Shown here: one piece after another, positions 19,033-30,025 of the stretch
Position numbering within the stretch: the stretch's first letter is position 1
How the letters are laid out: every line of letters starts with the position of its first letter
Assembly: GCA_035945295.1 (NCBI GenBank)
Contig: DASZAI010000048.1
Location: 1 to 64,000, forward strand
Direction of reading: 5' to 3'
From: Terriglobia bacterium
Lineage (GTDB): Bacteria; Acidobacteriota; Terriglobia; UBA7540
Length of the DNA: 64,000 nt
Program-made: the position numbers and the translations under genes
Notes under the pieces: generated by a model
Database searches by the model: none
What the model saw: only the letters and a program-made list of their open reading frames with translations
What the model was told of the DNA's origin: nothing

Positions 19033-22000
19033 GTGAGAGATTGGGAAAATTGGGCGGCGGGTGCGGCGCTGATCATTTGCCTGCTGATCGCGTGGTTCGC
19101 GCCGATCTTGCTGCACCTGACTGGAACCAACCTGTGGATCCTGCGCGGCGGGCTGGCGCTGGTAGCGGTCGCAGCGGTGGGTGCGCTGTGGTGGTGGCTG
19201 CACTCCAAGCGCACCGTGAAGTTGCCCGGGGCCATGCCCGCAGTATCAGCTCCGGCGCTCCCGCGAATGCAAGCGCCCGCGATGCCGGGAATGCAGCCGC
19301 CTGCGGCTGCGGGAGCGGCCATCGCTGTCGGTGGAGCGGCATTCGGAGGCGCGGGAAGCCCACAGGACATCGACGTTCTCATCCGCGAGGCCGAGCGCCG
19401 CCTGAAGACTTCGGAGAAAGTCCACGGCGCGACGTTCCGCAAGCTCCCCGCCGTTTTCCTGGTGGGTGAAGCGGCTTCGGGCAAGACCTCAGTCGTCCTC
19501 AACTCCGGCCTCGATCCCGAGTTGCTCGCGGGGCAAGTGTCTCAGGACGGAGCGACGGTCCCGACGCGCGCCATCAACGCGTGGTTTGCGCGCCAGGCCG
19601 TCTTCGTTGAGGCGGGCAGCGCACTGCTCGCCCAGCCCGCGGTGTGGACGCGCCTCGTGAAGCGGCTCAAGCCTGGCAGCTCGATTCTGAGCAAGGGAGG
19701 ACAGGCGCCGCGGGCGGTGGTGGTCTGCGTCGACTGCGAGACGCTGGCGAAGCCGGGAGGCAGCGAGGCGGTCATGAACACGGCTCGCATTCTCCAGCCG
19801 AGACTGCGCGAATTCGCCGAGCGCCTGGGGATCAACCTGCCGGTCTACGTGCTGTTCTCGAAGCTCGACCGCGTCGCGTTTTTCACCCAGTACGTCGACA
19901 ACCTGAGCCATCAGGAGGTGACGGACGTCCTCGGGGTCACGCTGCCCATTCGACCCCAGGACAACGTGGGCATCTATGCCGAGCAGGAGACCAAGCGCCT
20001 CGCGGCTGCGTTCGACGAACTCTTCTACTCGCTGAGTGACCGGCGCTTGATGTATCTGCCGCGTGAACACGGCGCCGAAAAGCTGCCGGCGATTTACGAA
20101 TTCCCGCGCGAATTCCGCAAACTGCGCAACTCGATCGTGCAGTTCCTGGTGGACCTCTGCCGCCCCAGCCAGTTGCGTACGGGTCCGTTTCTGCGTGGAT
20201 TCTATTTCACCGGGCAGCGCACCGTGGTGGTGGACCGCGTAGTCCAGGCGCAGCCGCAAGCAGGGTTAGGCGGCGTTGCCGGGGCCACGCGCTCCTTCAA
20301 CGTCGGTGAGGTGCAAGGCGGCGCGGCCGCGCTTTCCGGGGATGCCAATGCGACGTTCGTCTTCGACGCGCGGCGCGCCGCGGCCGAAAGCGCGCCAGAG
20401 GCCCTCCGCCCTATCGCTCAGGCCCGCCAGGTCCAGCAGCCGGTCTACCTCAGCCACCTCTTTAATGATGTGGTCCTCTCGGATCGCGCCGCGATGGGCA
20501 CGAGCGGCTCGAGCACCAAAGCAAGCTTCTGGCGGCGGCTGTTGCTCGCGACCGCGATCGTAGTGTTTCTCGTGGCCAGCATCGGATTCCTCGTGTCCTA
20601 CTTCGGCAACCGTGGGCTCGAGGTCCAGGTGGCCAAGGCGGCGCAGGGCTTGGCGCCCTATCCCGAGCTGAGCGGCGCGCAAGTCCCTACCTTTGACGCG
20701 CTTCAGCGCCTGGACGGATTGCGGCAGACGCTGGTCGCACTCCGCGAGCCGCCTCCCTTGCATCTGCGCTGGGGACTCTACGTGGGCGACGACCTCTACA
20801 CGGCGGCGTCCCAGATCTACTTTGCCTGCTTCCGCAAGCTGCTCTTCGCCCAGACTCAGAGCGTCTTGCTCGACTCGCTGCGCCGGTTGCCGGCCACTCC
20901 CGGCCCGCAGGACGATTACAAGTCCGCTTACGACGCGCTGAAAGCGTATCTCATCACCACCTCGAACCACGATAAGAGCACGCGCGAATTCCTCTCGCCC
21001 GAGCTGCTCGCCGTCTGGTCGACGGGACGCGATGCGGGCGAGGACCGCCGCGACCTGGCGCGCCGGCAGTTTGACTTCTACAGTGAGGCGCTCGTCGACG
21101 CGAACCCCTACTCCTCCGCGAACGATGCGCGCACCGTCGCGCAGGCCCGCGCTTATCTCTCGCATTTCGCCGGTACGGAGCGCGTCTATCAGTCGATGCT
21201 GGCCGCGGCCTCCGCCCGCAACAAGCCCATCAACTTCAATCATGACTTCCCCGGCTCGTCGGACGTGGTCATCAACCACGTGGACGTGCCCGGCGCCTTC
21301 ACCAAGGGTGGCTGGACGTTCATGCAGGACGCCATCAAGCATCCCGAGCGATTCTTCAGCGGCGAGGAGTGGGTGCTGGGACCCCAGGTGTCCGCGAACT
21401 TGCCCGATCCCGCGACGCTTTCGCAGACGCTGCGCGCGCGCTATCAGGACGATTTCGTCAAGCAGTGGCGCGCCTACTTGAACGGCACGGCCGTCGTTCA
21501 CTACCAGGGACTCCCCGACGCCGCTCGCAAGCTCACCAAGCTCTCTGGCAATCCTTCGGCGCTGCTGCAAGCTCTCTGCGTCGCCGCCACGAACACCGCC
21601 GTCGACTCTCCCGACGTCGCGCAGATCTTCCAGCCGGCGCAGTTTGTAACACCTCCACCCTGCCAGGAACAGCTCATCAGTCAGGGCAACAAGCCTTACA
21701 TGGACGGCTTGGTAGCGCTTGAAAGCTGCCTCGAGCAGGTGGGGACAGCGCCGCCTGCCGGCAAGGACCAGGCCAAGGCGCAATGCGGTCAGGTGGCGGG
21801 CAACGCCAAGGTCGCGACTCGCCAAGTGGCGCAGGGATTCAAGATCGACCAGCAGCAGCGCATCGACGCGGTCGTGCAGCGGATCATGCTTGATCCCATC
21901 ACCACGGTTGAGGGTTCGCTGATGCCTTCAGGACCGGCGGGCGCGGGTTCAGTGTGCGCGTCGCTGAATAGCCTCGCGCAAAAGGCGCCTTTCCGCTTGA

Positions 22001-22644
22001 ACGCGTCGGACCAGGCGAGCCTTCAGGATATCGAGAATATCTTCCACCCGGGCACCGGGATGCTGTCTTCGTTCTACTCGCAGAACCTCACGAACTTCCT
22101 GACGCTGCAAGGCTCCGAGTACGTGCCCAATCCGACGAGTCCGGTGAAGCTGAATCCCGCCTTCGTCAGCTTCTTCAACCGCGCGATGGCGCTCCAGCAC
22201 GCTCTCTATCCTGGTAATCCGCCGCAGCTCGAGTTCCACTACTCGCTCCGGCCGCGCCCGACGCCGGGAGGCCCGGCGTTCACGCTGACCATGGACGGCC
22301 AGACGCTGAAGTACACGGGTGCGACGGTACAGCCGGCGCAGTTTGTGTGGCCGGGCTCGACGCAGGGCGCGAACCTCAGCGTGGTCATCGGCGGCGCGGA
22401 GGTCACCTTCGCCTCCTACCAGGGTCCGATGAGCGTGTTCCAGTTCTTCGCCAATTCGAAGTGGGCGAAGTCAGGACAGACTTACAGCGTGGAGTGGTCG
22501 GTGCTCGGCTCGTCAGGCCAGCTCGCCCAGCTCAACGGCAAGCCCCTCATCATCACCTTCGACCTCGACACCAAGGGAGCCGACCCGATTTTCCGCCCGG
22601 GCTATTTCTCGAGCCTCGGCTGCGTGTCTAAGGTATCGCAGTGA
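19033..22644 (+). CDS. tssM: Type VI secretion membrane protein TssM (IcmF/ImpL)
   Basis: 1203 aa; N-terminal TM helices; Walker A FLVGEAASGKTSVV; IcmF-related domain; GTG start. Confidence 0.9.
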   Translation: MRDWENWAAGAALIICLLIAWFAPILLHLTGTNLWILRGGLALVAVAAVGALWWWLHSKRTVKLPGAMPAVSAPALPRMQAPAMPGMQPPAAAGAAIAVGGAAFGGAGSPQDIDVLIREAERRLKTSEKVHGATFRKLPAVFLVGEAASGKTSVVLNSGLDPELLAGQVSQDGATVPTRAINAWFARQAVFVEAGSALLAQPAVWTRLVKRLKPGSSILSKGGQAPRAVVVCVDCETLAKPGGSEAVMNTARILQPRLREFAERLGINLPVYVLFSKLDRVAFFTQYVDNLSHQEVTDVLGVTLPIRPQDNVGIYAEQETKRLAAAFDELFYSLSDRRLMYLPREHGAEKLPAIYEFPREFRKLRNSIVQFLVDLCRPSQLRTGPFLRGFYFTGQRTVVVDRVVQAQPQAGLGGVAGATRSFNVGEVQGGAAALSGDANATFVFDARRAAAESAPEALRPIAQARQVQQPVYLSHLFNDVVLSDRAAMGTSGSSTKASFWRRLLLATAIVVFLVASIGFLVSYFGNRGLEVQVAKAAQGLAPYPELSGAQVPTFDALQRLDGLRQTLVALREPPPLHLRWGLYVGDDLYTAASQIYFACFRKLLFAQTQSVLLDSLRRLPATPGPQDDYKSAYDALKAYLITTSNHDKSTREFLSPELLAVWSTGRDAGEDRRDLARRQFDFYSEALVDANPYSSANDARTVAQARAYLSHFAGTERVYQSMLAAASARNKPINFNHDFPGSSDVVINHVDVPGAFTKGGWTFMQDAIKHPERFFSGEEWVLGPQVSANLPDPATLSQTLRARYQDDFVKQWRAYLNGTAVVHYQGLPDAARKLTKLSGNPSALLQALCVAATNTAVDSPDVAQIFQPAQFVTPPPCQEQLISQGNKPYMDGLVALESCLEQVGTAPPAGKDQAKAQCGQVAGNAKVATRQVAQGFKIDQQQRIDAVVQRIMLDPITTVEGSLMPSGPAGAGSVCASLNSLAQKAPFRLNASDQASLQDIENIFHPGTGMLSSFYSQNLTNFLTLQGSEYVPNPTSPVKLNPAFVSFFNRAMALQHALYPGNPPQLEFHYSLRPRPTPGGPAFTLTMDGQTLKYTGATVQPAQFVWPGSTQGANLSVVIGGAEVTFASYQGPMSVFQFFANSKWAKSGQTYSVEWSVLGSSGQLAQLNGKPLIITFDLDTKGADPIFRPGYFSSLGCVSKVSQ

Positions 22645-22646
22645 GG

Positions 22647-22671
22647 TAGGGGAGCCCTTTGGGCTCCCCCG
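22647..22671. terminator. GC-rich hairpin (GGGGAGCCC-TTT-GGGCTCCCC) between convergent tssM and the downstream gene; member of a small repeat family
   Basis: perfect 9-bp stem 4 nt after the tssM stop codon; near-identical hairpin at 36105-36126. Confidence 0.45.
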
Positions 22672-22727
22672 GCTGATCCACGAGCCTCGGCTGGGTAGGG
22701 TAGCCTGCCTGGCCTCGGTCAGCGTTG

Positions 22728-23819
22728 CTACATCAAGTCCCACACGTCGAGGGCGTTCAGATTATCGTCGACGGCGGCGAAGACGATTCCCTTTGGTGTG
22801 AGCGCGACCGCCAATCCAAAGGCGGCGCCCGCCGCCCCCGGGTCAACCTGGAATTGCGCGACGAACTGGCCCGCCGGAGTGAATTCCACGAGCTCGTTCA
22901 ACTGGTTGGAGTCCGTATTCACCGCATCGCCTTGCACCGAGATAAGATCGCCGTTCGGAGCGAGGGCCAGCCCCAGCGGTCCGTGCAGGTGGACGTTATC
23001 CTGGTAAACGATCGATCCCGTTCCAGCGTCGCTCATGCGGGTGCCGGCGTTGGGGATGGCATAGATCGCGTTATCGCCCGTCGACGCGACATAGAGGATG
23101 TTGCGCACCGGGTCGAAGGCGACTCCGGTCGGCCCGATCACCAGCGCCGCCGGGTCGGTGCGAAACGTGTAACCGGAGGCGATCTGGGTCATGTTCCGCA
23201 CGATGACGCCCGCTGCGGAGTTCGGAAGAATCTTCAGGTCCAGCCGCGTCACCGTCCCGCTCAGAACGTTTGAGACGAAGACCTGCGCGATCCCACCCTG
23301 GTCGTGGACGGTGAGGTCCCACGGTCCGTCGAGCAATTGACTGCTCACGAGAGTGCTGACCACGTTGCCGTTGTGATCGATGATCAGCAGCGAGCCTGGC
23401 GGCACGACTGTCCCGCTCGACGTGGGCACGCTTCCAACCAGGACGAACCCTCTTCGGAGCACACCCAGCGCGGTCGTGAGCCCGAGCTCGGATCCTGCCT
23501 GGAAAAAGAGCGACGGCGCTCCGTCCGGAGAGATTGAGACGATGGTCGATCCGGTGCCTTGCTCGTTCGCACCATCATTGAAGTTCGAAACGAGAATGTC
23601 GCCGGCGCTGAGCGGTCCGCCTACCGGGAAACCGGGAGGAACGAAAGCCACCCCGTACGGGTTGCCGTCGCCGTTCGCGGGAACGGTTGAGGGTTGGAAT
23701 GTCGGCGAAGCCGGAAGGTTGGAGATAATCGACTGGTGAACGTTGATGGCGAGCGCGCCAATGACCAGCGAAACGGTCAACAAGGCGCCGAACATGACGT
23801 AGAGAATTCTCCGTCGCAT
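22728..23819 (-). CDS. Secreted NHL-repeat/beta-propeller protein
   Basis: signal peptide/TM anchor; repeated G-x-A-(F/V)-D-P...G-N-(I/L)-(Y/F)-V motifs typical of NHL propeller blades. Confidence 0.5.
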   Translation of the reverse strand: MRRRILYVMFGALLTVSLVIGALAINVHQSIISNLPASPTFQPSTVPANGDGNPYGVAFVPPGFPVGGPLSAGDILVSNFNDGANEQGTGSTIVSISPDGAPSLFFQAGSELGLTTALGVLRRGFVLVGSVPTSSGTVVPPGSLLIIDHNGNVVSTLVSSQLLDGPWDLTVHDQGGIAQVFVSNVLSGTVTRLDLKILPNSAAGVIVRNMTQIASGYTFRTDPAALVIGPTGVAFDPVRNILYVASTGDNAIYAIPNAGTRMSDAGTGSIVYQDNVHLHGPLGLALAPNGDLISVQGDAVNTDSNQLNELVEFTPAGQFVAQFQVDPGAAGAAFGLAVALTPKGIVFAAVDDNLNALDVWDLM

Positions 23820-24015
23820 GGAACCTCCTTGTAAGAGTGGGTGTCACCCGACGATGAGTCTGTCTCGCCCGACGCTGAGCAAGATGAACCGCACATACGC
23901 GTGAAGCGCCTTTCCCTGGCTTGATTGTTGTAGTCCCCCGTTCTGATGCGGCGGGTCAAAGTCGCGTTGCCGCGGATTTAGGATGGGGTGGGTAAGGGCG
24001 CGCGGTTTATCGATG

Positions 24016-24492
24016 TCAGGCCCGGGTCTTTTCCAGCCAGCCCGCGATTCCCGCGAAAGCGAAGTAGAAGAACAGGGCGGTCAGCGCCTCGGCCCGCGGA
24101 CTGCCCGGAGCCGGACCCCAGGTACCAACCACCTGAACAAGTGCCAGGACAATCCCGAAGGCGGCCATCCCGTAGTGGCCGAGGCCGGCCCACAGCACGA
24201 TCATCTCGAGCGTCAGCGCCGGAGCGGCGTGTTTCCAAAGACCGAGGCCGACCTTGTGGACGTTGCCGTACAAAGGGAGGTCGGCGCGATGCACGATGAA
24301 GTCTAGCACCCAGTGGGAGAACACCGCCGCCGCCACGAGCAGCGCACCGCCCGCACTGCCGCGTCCGCGTGCCAGACGATAGACGAGGAATCCCAGCGCC
24401 GACCACCCGAGCGCCGCCACCAGACTGTGCGTGTAGGGCATGTACACCCTGTTGGTTTGACATACCCCGACGTCTCCAGTAGTCTCGATCAT
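24016..24492 (-). CDS. Hypothetical polytopic membrane protein
   Basis: 158 aa, at least 4 hydrophobic helices, His-rich loops (HWVLDFIVHRAD); family not recognised. Confidence 0.4.
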   Translation of the reverse strand: MIETTGDVGVCQTNRVYMPYTHSLVAALGWSALGFLVYRLARGRGSAGGALLVAAAVFSHWVLDFIVHRADLPLYGNVHKVGLGLWKHAAPALTLEMIVLWAGLGHYGMAAFGIVLALVQVVGTWGPAPGSPRAEALTALFFYFAFAGIAGWLEKTRA

Positions 24493-24549
24493 GGCGGCTC
24501 GGGGTAGCGCCCCGGTCAGGTACGGTCAGGCGCCCGACTCGCCACCACC

Positions 24550-25815
24550 ATGCGCAGGGTCTACCTCGATCACAACGCGACTACACCCCTAGCCTCGGAG
24601 GTCTTCGAGGCGATGTGTCCCTACTTCCTCGAGGACTACGGCAATGCCTCGTCCATCCATGCTTACGGCCAGCGCGCTCGGGCGGCGGTGGAAGAGGCGC
24701 GCGTCGAGGTCGCCCGGCTGATCAACGCCGACCCGGCGGAGATCGTGTTCACGAGCGGCGGCACGGAGGGCGACAACACCGCCGTCCTCGGCGTGGCCGA
24801 GGCGGCCGAGACGCCGAGCGGGACGAAGCACGTTGTGACGACGGCCATCGAGCATCCCGCCGTGCTCTATGCGGCGCGGGCGCTCGAGGAGCGTGGCGTG
24901 CGGGTCACCTACGCGCGTGTCGACGCGGGCGGCGCGGTCGATCGTGGGGAGATAGCGCGCGCGATCCAACCTGACACGGTGCTGATCTCCGTGATGTACG
25001 CCAACAACGAGATTGCCACGCTCCAGCCAATCGCCGAGATTGGACGCTTGGCGCGCGAGCGCGGCATCCCGTTTCATTCGGACACCGTGCAGGCGGCGGG
25101 GAAGGTTGCCATCGACGTGCGCGAGCTCGGCGTCGACTTGCTCACGCTCTCCGCTCACAAGATTTGCGGGCCCAAGGGCGTGGGCGCGATGTTCATCCGC
25201 AAGGGGACGCGTCTTCGCCCGCTGCTCCACGGCGGACACCACGAGCGCGATCGTCGCCCGGGGACGGAGAACGTGCCCGGCGTCGTGGGGCTGGGTGTGG
25301 CGGCGCGGCTGGCTCGCGAGCGTCTGGCGGAGGACGCGGCTCGCGTCGGCGCGCTGCGCGATCGCCTGGAAGCAGGACTGCTTGACGCGGTGCCGCTCGT
25401 CCGCGTCAACGGCGACCGTACGCGGCGGCTGCCCACGACCACCAATCTGCGCTTCGAGCACGTCGACGGGGAAGCGCTGGTCATCGCGCTCGACCTCGCC
25501 GGTCTCGCGTGCTCAACGGGTGCGGCCTGTTCGTCCGGGTCGCTCGAGCCCTCGCACGTGCTGGCTGCGATGGGGCTTCGCCGTGAGGAGGCGCGCTCGA
25601 GCGTTCGCTTCAGCCTGGGACGCTCGACGAGAGGCGAGGATATCGCGTTCGCGCTCGAGGTGGTGCCGCGAGTCGTCGAGCGTCTGCGGTCGATTTCGCC
25701 GCGTTACGGGAAGGAAGAGGGAGTCACCGCAGAGAACGCTGAGAACACGGAGAAGAATACACCGATCGAAGGAACTCCGGAGTTGACTCCGCGTCCTCTG
25801 CGTGCTCTGCGGTGA
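24550..25815 (+). CDS. iscS: Cysteine desulfurase (class V aminotransferase, IscS/NifS type)
   Basis: MRRVYLDHNATTP start, PLP-lysine region SAHKICGPKGVGA, active-site Cys loop ACSSGS. Confidence 0.9.
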   Translation: MRRVYLDHNATTPLASEVFEAMCPYFLEDYGNASSIHAYGQRARAAVEEARVEVARLINADPAEIVFTSGGTEGDNTAVLGVAEAAETPSGTKHVVTTAIEHPAVLYAARALEERGVRVTYARVDAGGAVDRGEIARAIQPDTVLISVMYANNEIATLQPIAEIGRLARERGIPFHSDTVQAAGKVAIDVRELGVDLLTLSAHKICGPKGVGAMFIRKGTRLRPLLHGGHHERDRRPGTENVPGVVGLGVAARLARERLAEDAARVGALRDRLEAGLLDAVPLVRVNGDRTRRLPTTTNLRFEHVDGEALVIALDLAGLACSTGAACSSGSLEPSHVLAAMGLRREEARSSVRFSLGRSTRGEDIAFALEVVPRVVERLRSISPRYGKEEGVTAENAENTEKNTPIEGTPELTPRPLRALR

Positions 25816-25824
25816 GATTGCGTT

Positions 25825-27036
25825 ATGACGATTGCGGTAGCGATGAGTGGCGGTGTTGACAGTTCCACCGCTGCCGCCATTCTCGCGGAGAACAATTCGG
25901 GCCCTTCTTCGACGACTCACGATGCGGCCGGTGACGCACCGGTCGTCGGGCTGACGATGCAGCTCTGGAACCAGCGCCGGCTGCCGCATCTCCAGGGACT
26001 CGACTCGGATGCGGCTGGCCACGCCCGCGGGCGCTGCTGCTCGCTCGATGACGTGTACGATGCACGCCGCGTCGCGAACTTTCTCGGCATCCCCTATTAC
26101 GTCGTCAACTTCGAGGAGCGCTTCGAGCAGGACGTGGTGCGGCCGTTCGTCGACGCGTATCTCGCGGGCGCAACGCCCATCCCCTGCAGCCGGTGCAACA
26201 CTGAGGTGAAGTTTGCGCGCTTCGTCGAAACCGCACTCGAGATCGGCGCCGAGCGCATCGCCACCGGCCACTACGCGCGCGTCCGCTTTGATCCCGGGAC
26301 CGGGCGGTATCGGCTCTTGGCCGCCCGCGACCCCTCGAAGGACCAGTCGTACTTCCTCTTCGGGCTCACCCAGGACCAACTCGCGCGCTCGATGTTTCCG
26401 CTGGGTGAGCTCACCAAGGATGAGGTACGGTCCATCGCGCGCGCGCGGAAGCTGCCCGTCGCCGAGAAGCCCGAGAGCCAGGAGATTTGCTTTGTGCCGT
26501 CCGGCAGCTATCGCGATTTCATCCGCGAGTATCTCCGGGAGCAGGGCAGGGAAGTCGACGACGCGCCGGGCGAGGTGGTGACGGCGGACGGGCGCGTGCT
26601 CGCGGAGCACCGCGGCATCTTTAACTATACGGTCGGGCAGCGCAAGGGATTAGGCGTGGCCACGGGTGAGCCGCTCTACGTCATCGCGCTCGACCCCGCG
26701 CACAACTGCGTGGTGGTGGGCGCGAACGACGAGCTCCTCGGCCGGCGGTGCCTGGTCCGCGAAGTCAACTGGATTCGCCCGGTGCAGGATGGGGAGGAGT
26801 TTTGCGCGTCGGTGAAGATTCGCAACAAGCACGTGGCGGCGTCGGCGCGCGTCAAGGCTTTAGCGGCGAAGTCCGAAGTCGCAGATCTCAGAAGGTCCGC
26901 GCCCGCCATCGCCGGATGGACGGCCGAGGTCGAGTTCATCGAGCCGCAGCGCGCCATTACTCCCGGTCAGGCCGCGGTGTTCTACGACAGCGACGAAGTG
27001 GTCGGCGGCGGCTGGATTACGACCGGTGCACCTTAA
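25825..27036 (+). CDS. mnmA: tRNA-specific 2-thiouridylase MnmA
   Basis: PP-loop SGGVDSS, catalytic-Cys regions, C-terminal beta-barrel; placed just downstream of the cysteine desulfurase as in many genomes. Confidence 0.9.
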   Translation: MTIAVAMSGGVDSSTAAAILAENNSGPSSTTHDAAGDAPVVGLTMQLWNQRRLPHLQGLDSDAAGHARGRCCSLDDVYDARRVANFLGIPYYVVNFEERFEQDVVRPFVDAYLAGATPIPCSRCNTEVKFARFVETALEIGAERIATGHYARVRFDPGTGRYRLLAARDPSKDQSYFLFGLTQDQLARSMFPLGELTKDEVRSIARARKLPVAEKPESQEICFVPSGSYRDFIREYLREQGREVDDAPGEVVTADGRVLAEHRGIFNYTVGQRKGLGVATGEPLYVIALDPAHNCVVVGANDELLGRRCLVREVNWIRPVQDGEEFCASVKIRNKHVAASARVKALAAKSEVADLRRSAPAIAGWTAEVEFIEPQRAITPGQAAVFYDSDEVVGGGWITTGAP

Positions 27037-27071
27037 TGGTAGCCACGGTCACTGGCGACACTGAGAGGCGG

Positions 27072-27269
27072 CTATTTGAACGGGTACAGGTTGAGCCACA
27101 CCCGGAGCTCCTCGATCAGCTCATCGCCTTGCGCGTAGAACACCCTCTGCCGCTTCTGGCCGGGAGCCTCCACTACCACCCAGCAGTAACCAAAAGCCGC
27201 GGAGCGGGGCCCGTCAATGAAGACCTTCCAATCTTCCGATTCCTGGCAGGGTCCAATGCACTCCCGCAT
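27072..27269 (-). CDS. Small hypothetical protein
   Basis: 65-aa ORF with reasonable codon usage (MRECIGPCQESEDWKVFIDGP...); no homology recognised. Confidence 0.2.
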   Translation of the reverse strand: MRECIGPCQESEDWKVFIDGPRSAAFGYCWVVVEAPGQKRQRVFYAQGDELIEELRVWLNLYPFK

Positions 27270-27540
27270 GACCGCCTCGAGCTTAATGCGCAGGTCGGCG
27301 TGTGGAATGTCGATGATCTGGATCGTGAGCGCCAGCGGAGCAACCCCCAGGGAGACCCCCGAAGGTTGTTAACGTGACCCGGTCACAAAGTCTGTGACCT
27401 GCATCACACGCCTGTGCGACGCGGCGTGGATTCGCGGCAACCGTTCTTTGGCGGCATTAGGCTGGTAGTTACGGCCCCGACATTGACTTGCCTCGGGCGC
27501 GCAGGATAGGATTACGGCTTCCTTTGGAGCTTCCAAACTC

Positions 27541-29784
27541 ATGATAGGCACAACGATCTCTCACTATCGCATCACCGACCGGCTGGGCGGCGGCGGGATG
27601 GGCGTCGTTTTCAAGGCTGAGGACACCAAGCTCGGACGCCACGTCGCCCTCAAGTTCCTCCCTGACGACCTGGTCCGCGACCGGCAGGCTCTCGAACGGT
27701 TTCAGCGCGAAGCCCGCGCCGCCTCGGCGCTCAACCACCCGAGCATCTGCACGATTTACGAGGTTGACGAGGCCGACGGCCAGCCCTTCATCGCCATGGA
27801 ACTCTTGGAGGGCGACACGCTCAAGCACCGGATTGAGGGAAAGCCGCTCCGGACCGGCGAGCTGCTCGAGCTCGCGATCCAGATTGCGGACGCGCTCGAC
27901 GCCGCGCACTCCAAAGGCATCGTCCACCGTGACATCAAGCCGGCGAATATCTTTGTGACGCGGCGCGGTCAAGCCAAAGTGCTGGATTTTGGACTGGCCA
28001 AGCTCTCGCCGCTGGGGCGTCGCGTGGCGGAAGGTGCGGGCGTCACAGGCGAAACAACGGGCGCGACAGTGGGCCTGACCGCGGCGGACGTTCTCACGAG
28101 TCCGGGCATGGCTCTAGGTACCGTGGCTTACATGTCGCCGGAGCAGGCACGCGGCGAGGAAGTGGACGCTCGCAGTGACTTGTTTTCCTTCGGAGTGGTG
28201 CTCTACGAGATGGCGACGGGACGCACCGCTTTCTCAGGAAGCACCGCGGCGGTCATCTTTGAAGCCATCATGAACCGCGTGCCGACCCAACCCTTGCGGC
28301 TGGTTCCCGACCTGCCGGCGGAACTGGATCGCATCATCAATAAGGCTTTGGAGAAGGACCGCCGGCTGCGATACCAGGGCGCCTCGGAGTTGTTGTCGGA
28401 CTTGCGGCGATTGAAACGCGATACCGACTCGGGGAAGGGAGCCGCTGCGGACGTCCGGCGGCTCGATCAGCCGGGGACTGCGCCGCGCGTCGAGAAATCC
28501 GTCGCCGTACTCTATTTTGAGAATCTGAGCGGGGCGAAGGAGGACGAATACTTCCGCGACGGCATCACGGAAGACGTCATCACGGAGCTGTCAAAGATCA
28601 AGGATCTGCGGTTGTTCTCGCGCTCCGCCGTGCTGCCCTATCGCGAGAAGCCGGTGACCGGAGCGCAAGTCGGGCGCGAGCTCAATGCCACTTACGTGCT
28701 CGAAGGCAGCTTGCGCCGGGCGGGCAACCGGCTGCGCCTGAATGCGCAGTTAGTGGAAACGAGCTCGGGGCACACGATCTGGGCAGAACGCTATGACCGC
28801 CAGATGGAGGACGTGTTCGCCATCCAGGATGAAATCGCCCGCAGCATCACGCAGGCGTTGCGCATTACCCTGTCGCCGCAGGAAGAGAAAGCCATTGCCC
28901 GCAAGCCCACCGAAAACGCCCAGGCTTATGATGCCTGTCTCCGAGGGCGGAACTATACCCGGCGTGAGACGCGCCTTGACCTCGAATACGCGCTCCAGAT
29001 GTTCGAGCACGCCATCCAGCTCGATCCCAATTTCGCGCTGGCCTACGCGGGTCTTGCCAACACCTGCGGGCTGATTTACGAGTGGCACGAGCATAAAGCC
29101 TCGTGGCTCGAACGAGGCACGGCGGCGTGCGACCGCGCCCTGGCGCTCGACCCCCAACTCGCCGAAGGACTGGTGGCGCGGGCCCGGCTCTTTTACGCGC
29201 AGAAAAGGTACGATGAGGCCAGCGAGTACGCGCGCCTGGCCATCGAGCGCAAACCGAATTGCGACGGCGCTTATATGATCCTGGGACGCGCCTATTTCGC
29301 GTCGGACCGTTTGAATGAGGCTGTCAGCTTGATTGAACGCGCCCTGGAAACCAGCGGCGACGACTACAATATGTATATCCCTTTCGTTCTAACGCTGGAA
29401 CGCCTGGGACGAGCTGAGGATGCGCGCTCCCTGCGGCACCGCCACATTCAATCCCTCGAGAAGCAGCTTGAATTGGTTCCCGATGACCTTCGCGCGCGCA
29501 TCTTGCTCGCGTCCACCTATGCCTATCTCGGAAGACAGAGCGACGCCATCCGGGAGCTCGACAAAGCCGTTACCCTACGCCCCAACGATCCGAACACGTT
29601 GTACAACGCCGCTTGCACCTACGGGCTTCTGGGACTGAAGTCCGAAGCCCTGGCCTACCTGAAGAGGGCCCAGCAGTGCGGCTACGCGAACATGGATTGG
29701 GCGTCGCGCGACTCCGACCTCACCTGCCTGCACGACGATCCCGAATTCCAAAAGCTGATCGGGGAGGGCCAGCCCAAAGGCTAG
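27541..29784 (+). CDS. Serine/threonine protein kinase with TolB-N-like and TPR domains
   Basis: Hanks kinase motifs ([30 protein letters not shown]). Middle domain resembles the one common to soil-bacterial STKs and adenylate cyclases. C-terminal TPR array. Confidence 0.9.
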   Translation: MIGTTISHYRITDRLGGGGMGVVFKAEDTKLGRHVALKFLPDDLVRDRQALERFQREARAASALNHPSICTIYEVDEADGQPFIAMELLEGDTLKHRIEGKPLRTGELLELAIQIADALDAAHSKGIVHRDIKPANIFVTRRGQAKVLDFGLAKLSPLGRRVAEGAGVTGETTGATVGLTAADVLTSPGMALGTVAYMSPEQARGEEVDARSDLFSFGVVLYEMATGRTAFSGSTAAVIFEAIMNRVPTQPLRLVPDLPAELDRIINKALEKDRRLRYQGASELLSDLRRLKRDTDSGKGAAADVRRLDQPGTAPRVEKSVAVLYFENLSGAKEDEYFRDGITEDVITELSKIKDLRLFSRSAVLPYREKPVTGAQVGRELNATYVLEGSLRRAGNRLRLNAQLVETSSGHTIWAERYDRQMEDVFAIQDEIARSITQALRITLSPQEEKAIARKPTENAQAYDACLRGRNYTRRETRLDLEYALQMFEHAIQLDPNFALAYAGLANTCGLIYEWHEHKASWLERGTAACDRALALDPQLAEGLVARARLFYAQKRYDEASEYARLAIERKPNCDGAYMILGRAYFASDRLNEAVSLIERALETSGDDYNMYIPFVLTLERLGRAEDARSLRHRHIQSLEKQLELVPDDLRARILLASTYAYLGRQSDAIRELDKAVTLRPNDPNTLYNAACTYGLLGLKSEALAYLKRAQQCGYANMDWASRDSDLTCLHDDPEFQKLIGEGQPKG

Positions 29785-30025
29785 CCTTCCCCGACGTGAT
29801 CTGATTCCCACCGCGACCCGTTCTTGCTTCGGCCCCGCACTAAGGCGTGCTTGTCACAACTTTAACAACGCGTCATTCGCGGTCGGCAGCAGTGTCACCC
29901 TCGACGACATGCAGAATCCTGCTCTCGGCCTCCAGCAGCTCGCGGTCGCCATGAAGGTGCTGAACTAGAAATTCGAGGTCATGCCCTACGGTCTTGCGGC
30001 GGTGAAGAGGCGCGTCAGGGCAGGT

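Noticed and set aside
22728-23819. NHL-repeat protein next to tssM considered as a possible T6SS effector
   Set aside because: It has an N-terminal signal peptide/TM anchor (Sec-dependent), no PAAR/VgrG/Hcp adaptor domains and no adjacent immunity gene.
24550-27036. iscS-mnmA pair between the T6SS blocks considered as possibly horizontally inserted
   Set aside because: Both are universal tRNA-thiolation housekeeping genes with GC and codon usage matching the flanks. Nothing suggests mobility.
27541-29784. Ser/Thr kinase considered as a PpkA-like T6SS post-translational regulator
   Set aside because: No Fha or PppA phosphatase nearby. The kinase lies among unrelated genes and its architecture (TolB-N-like + TPR) differs from PpkA (vWA periplasmic domain).
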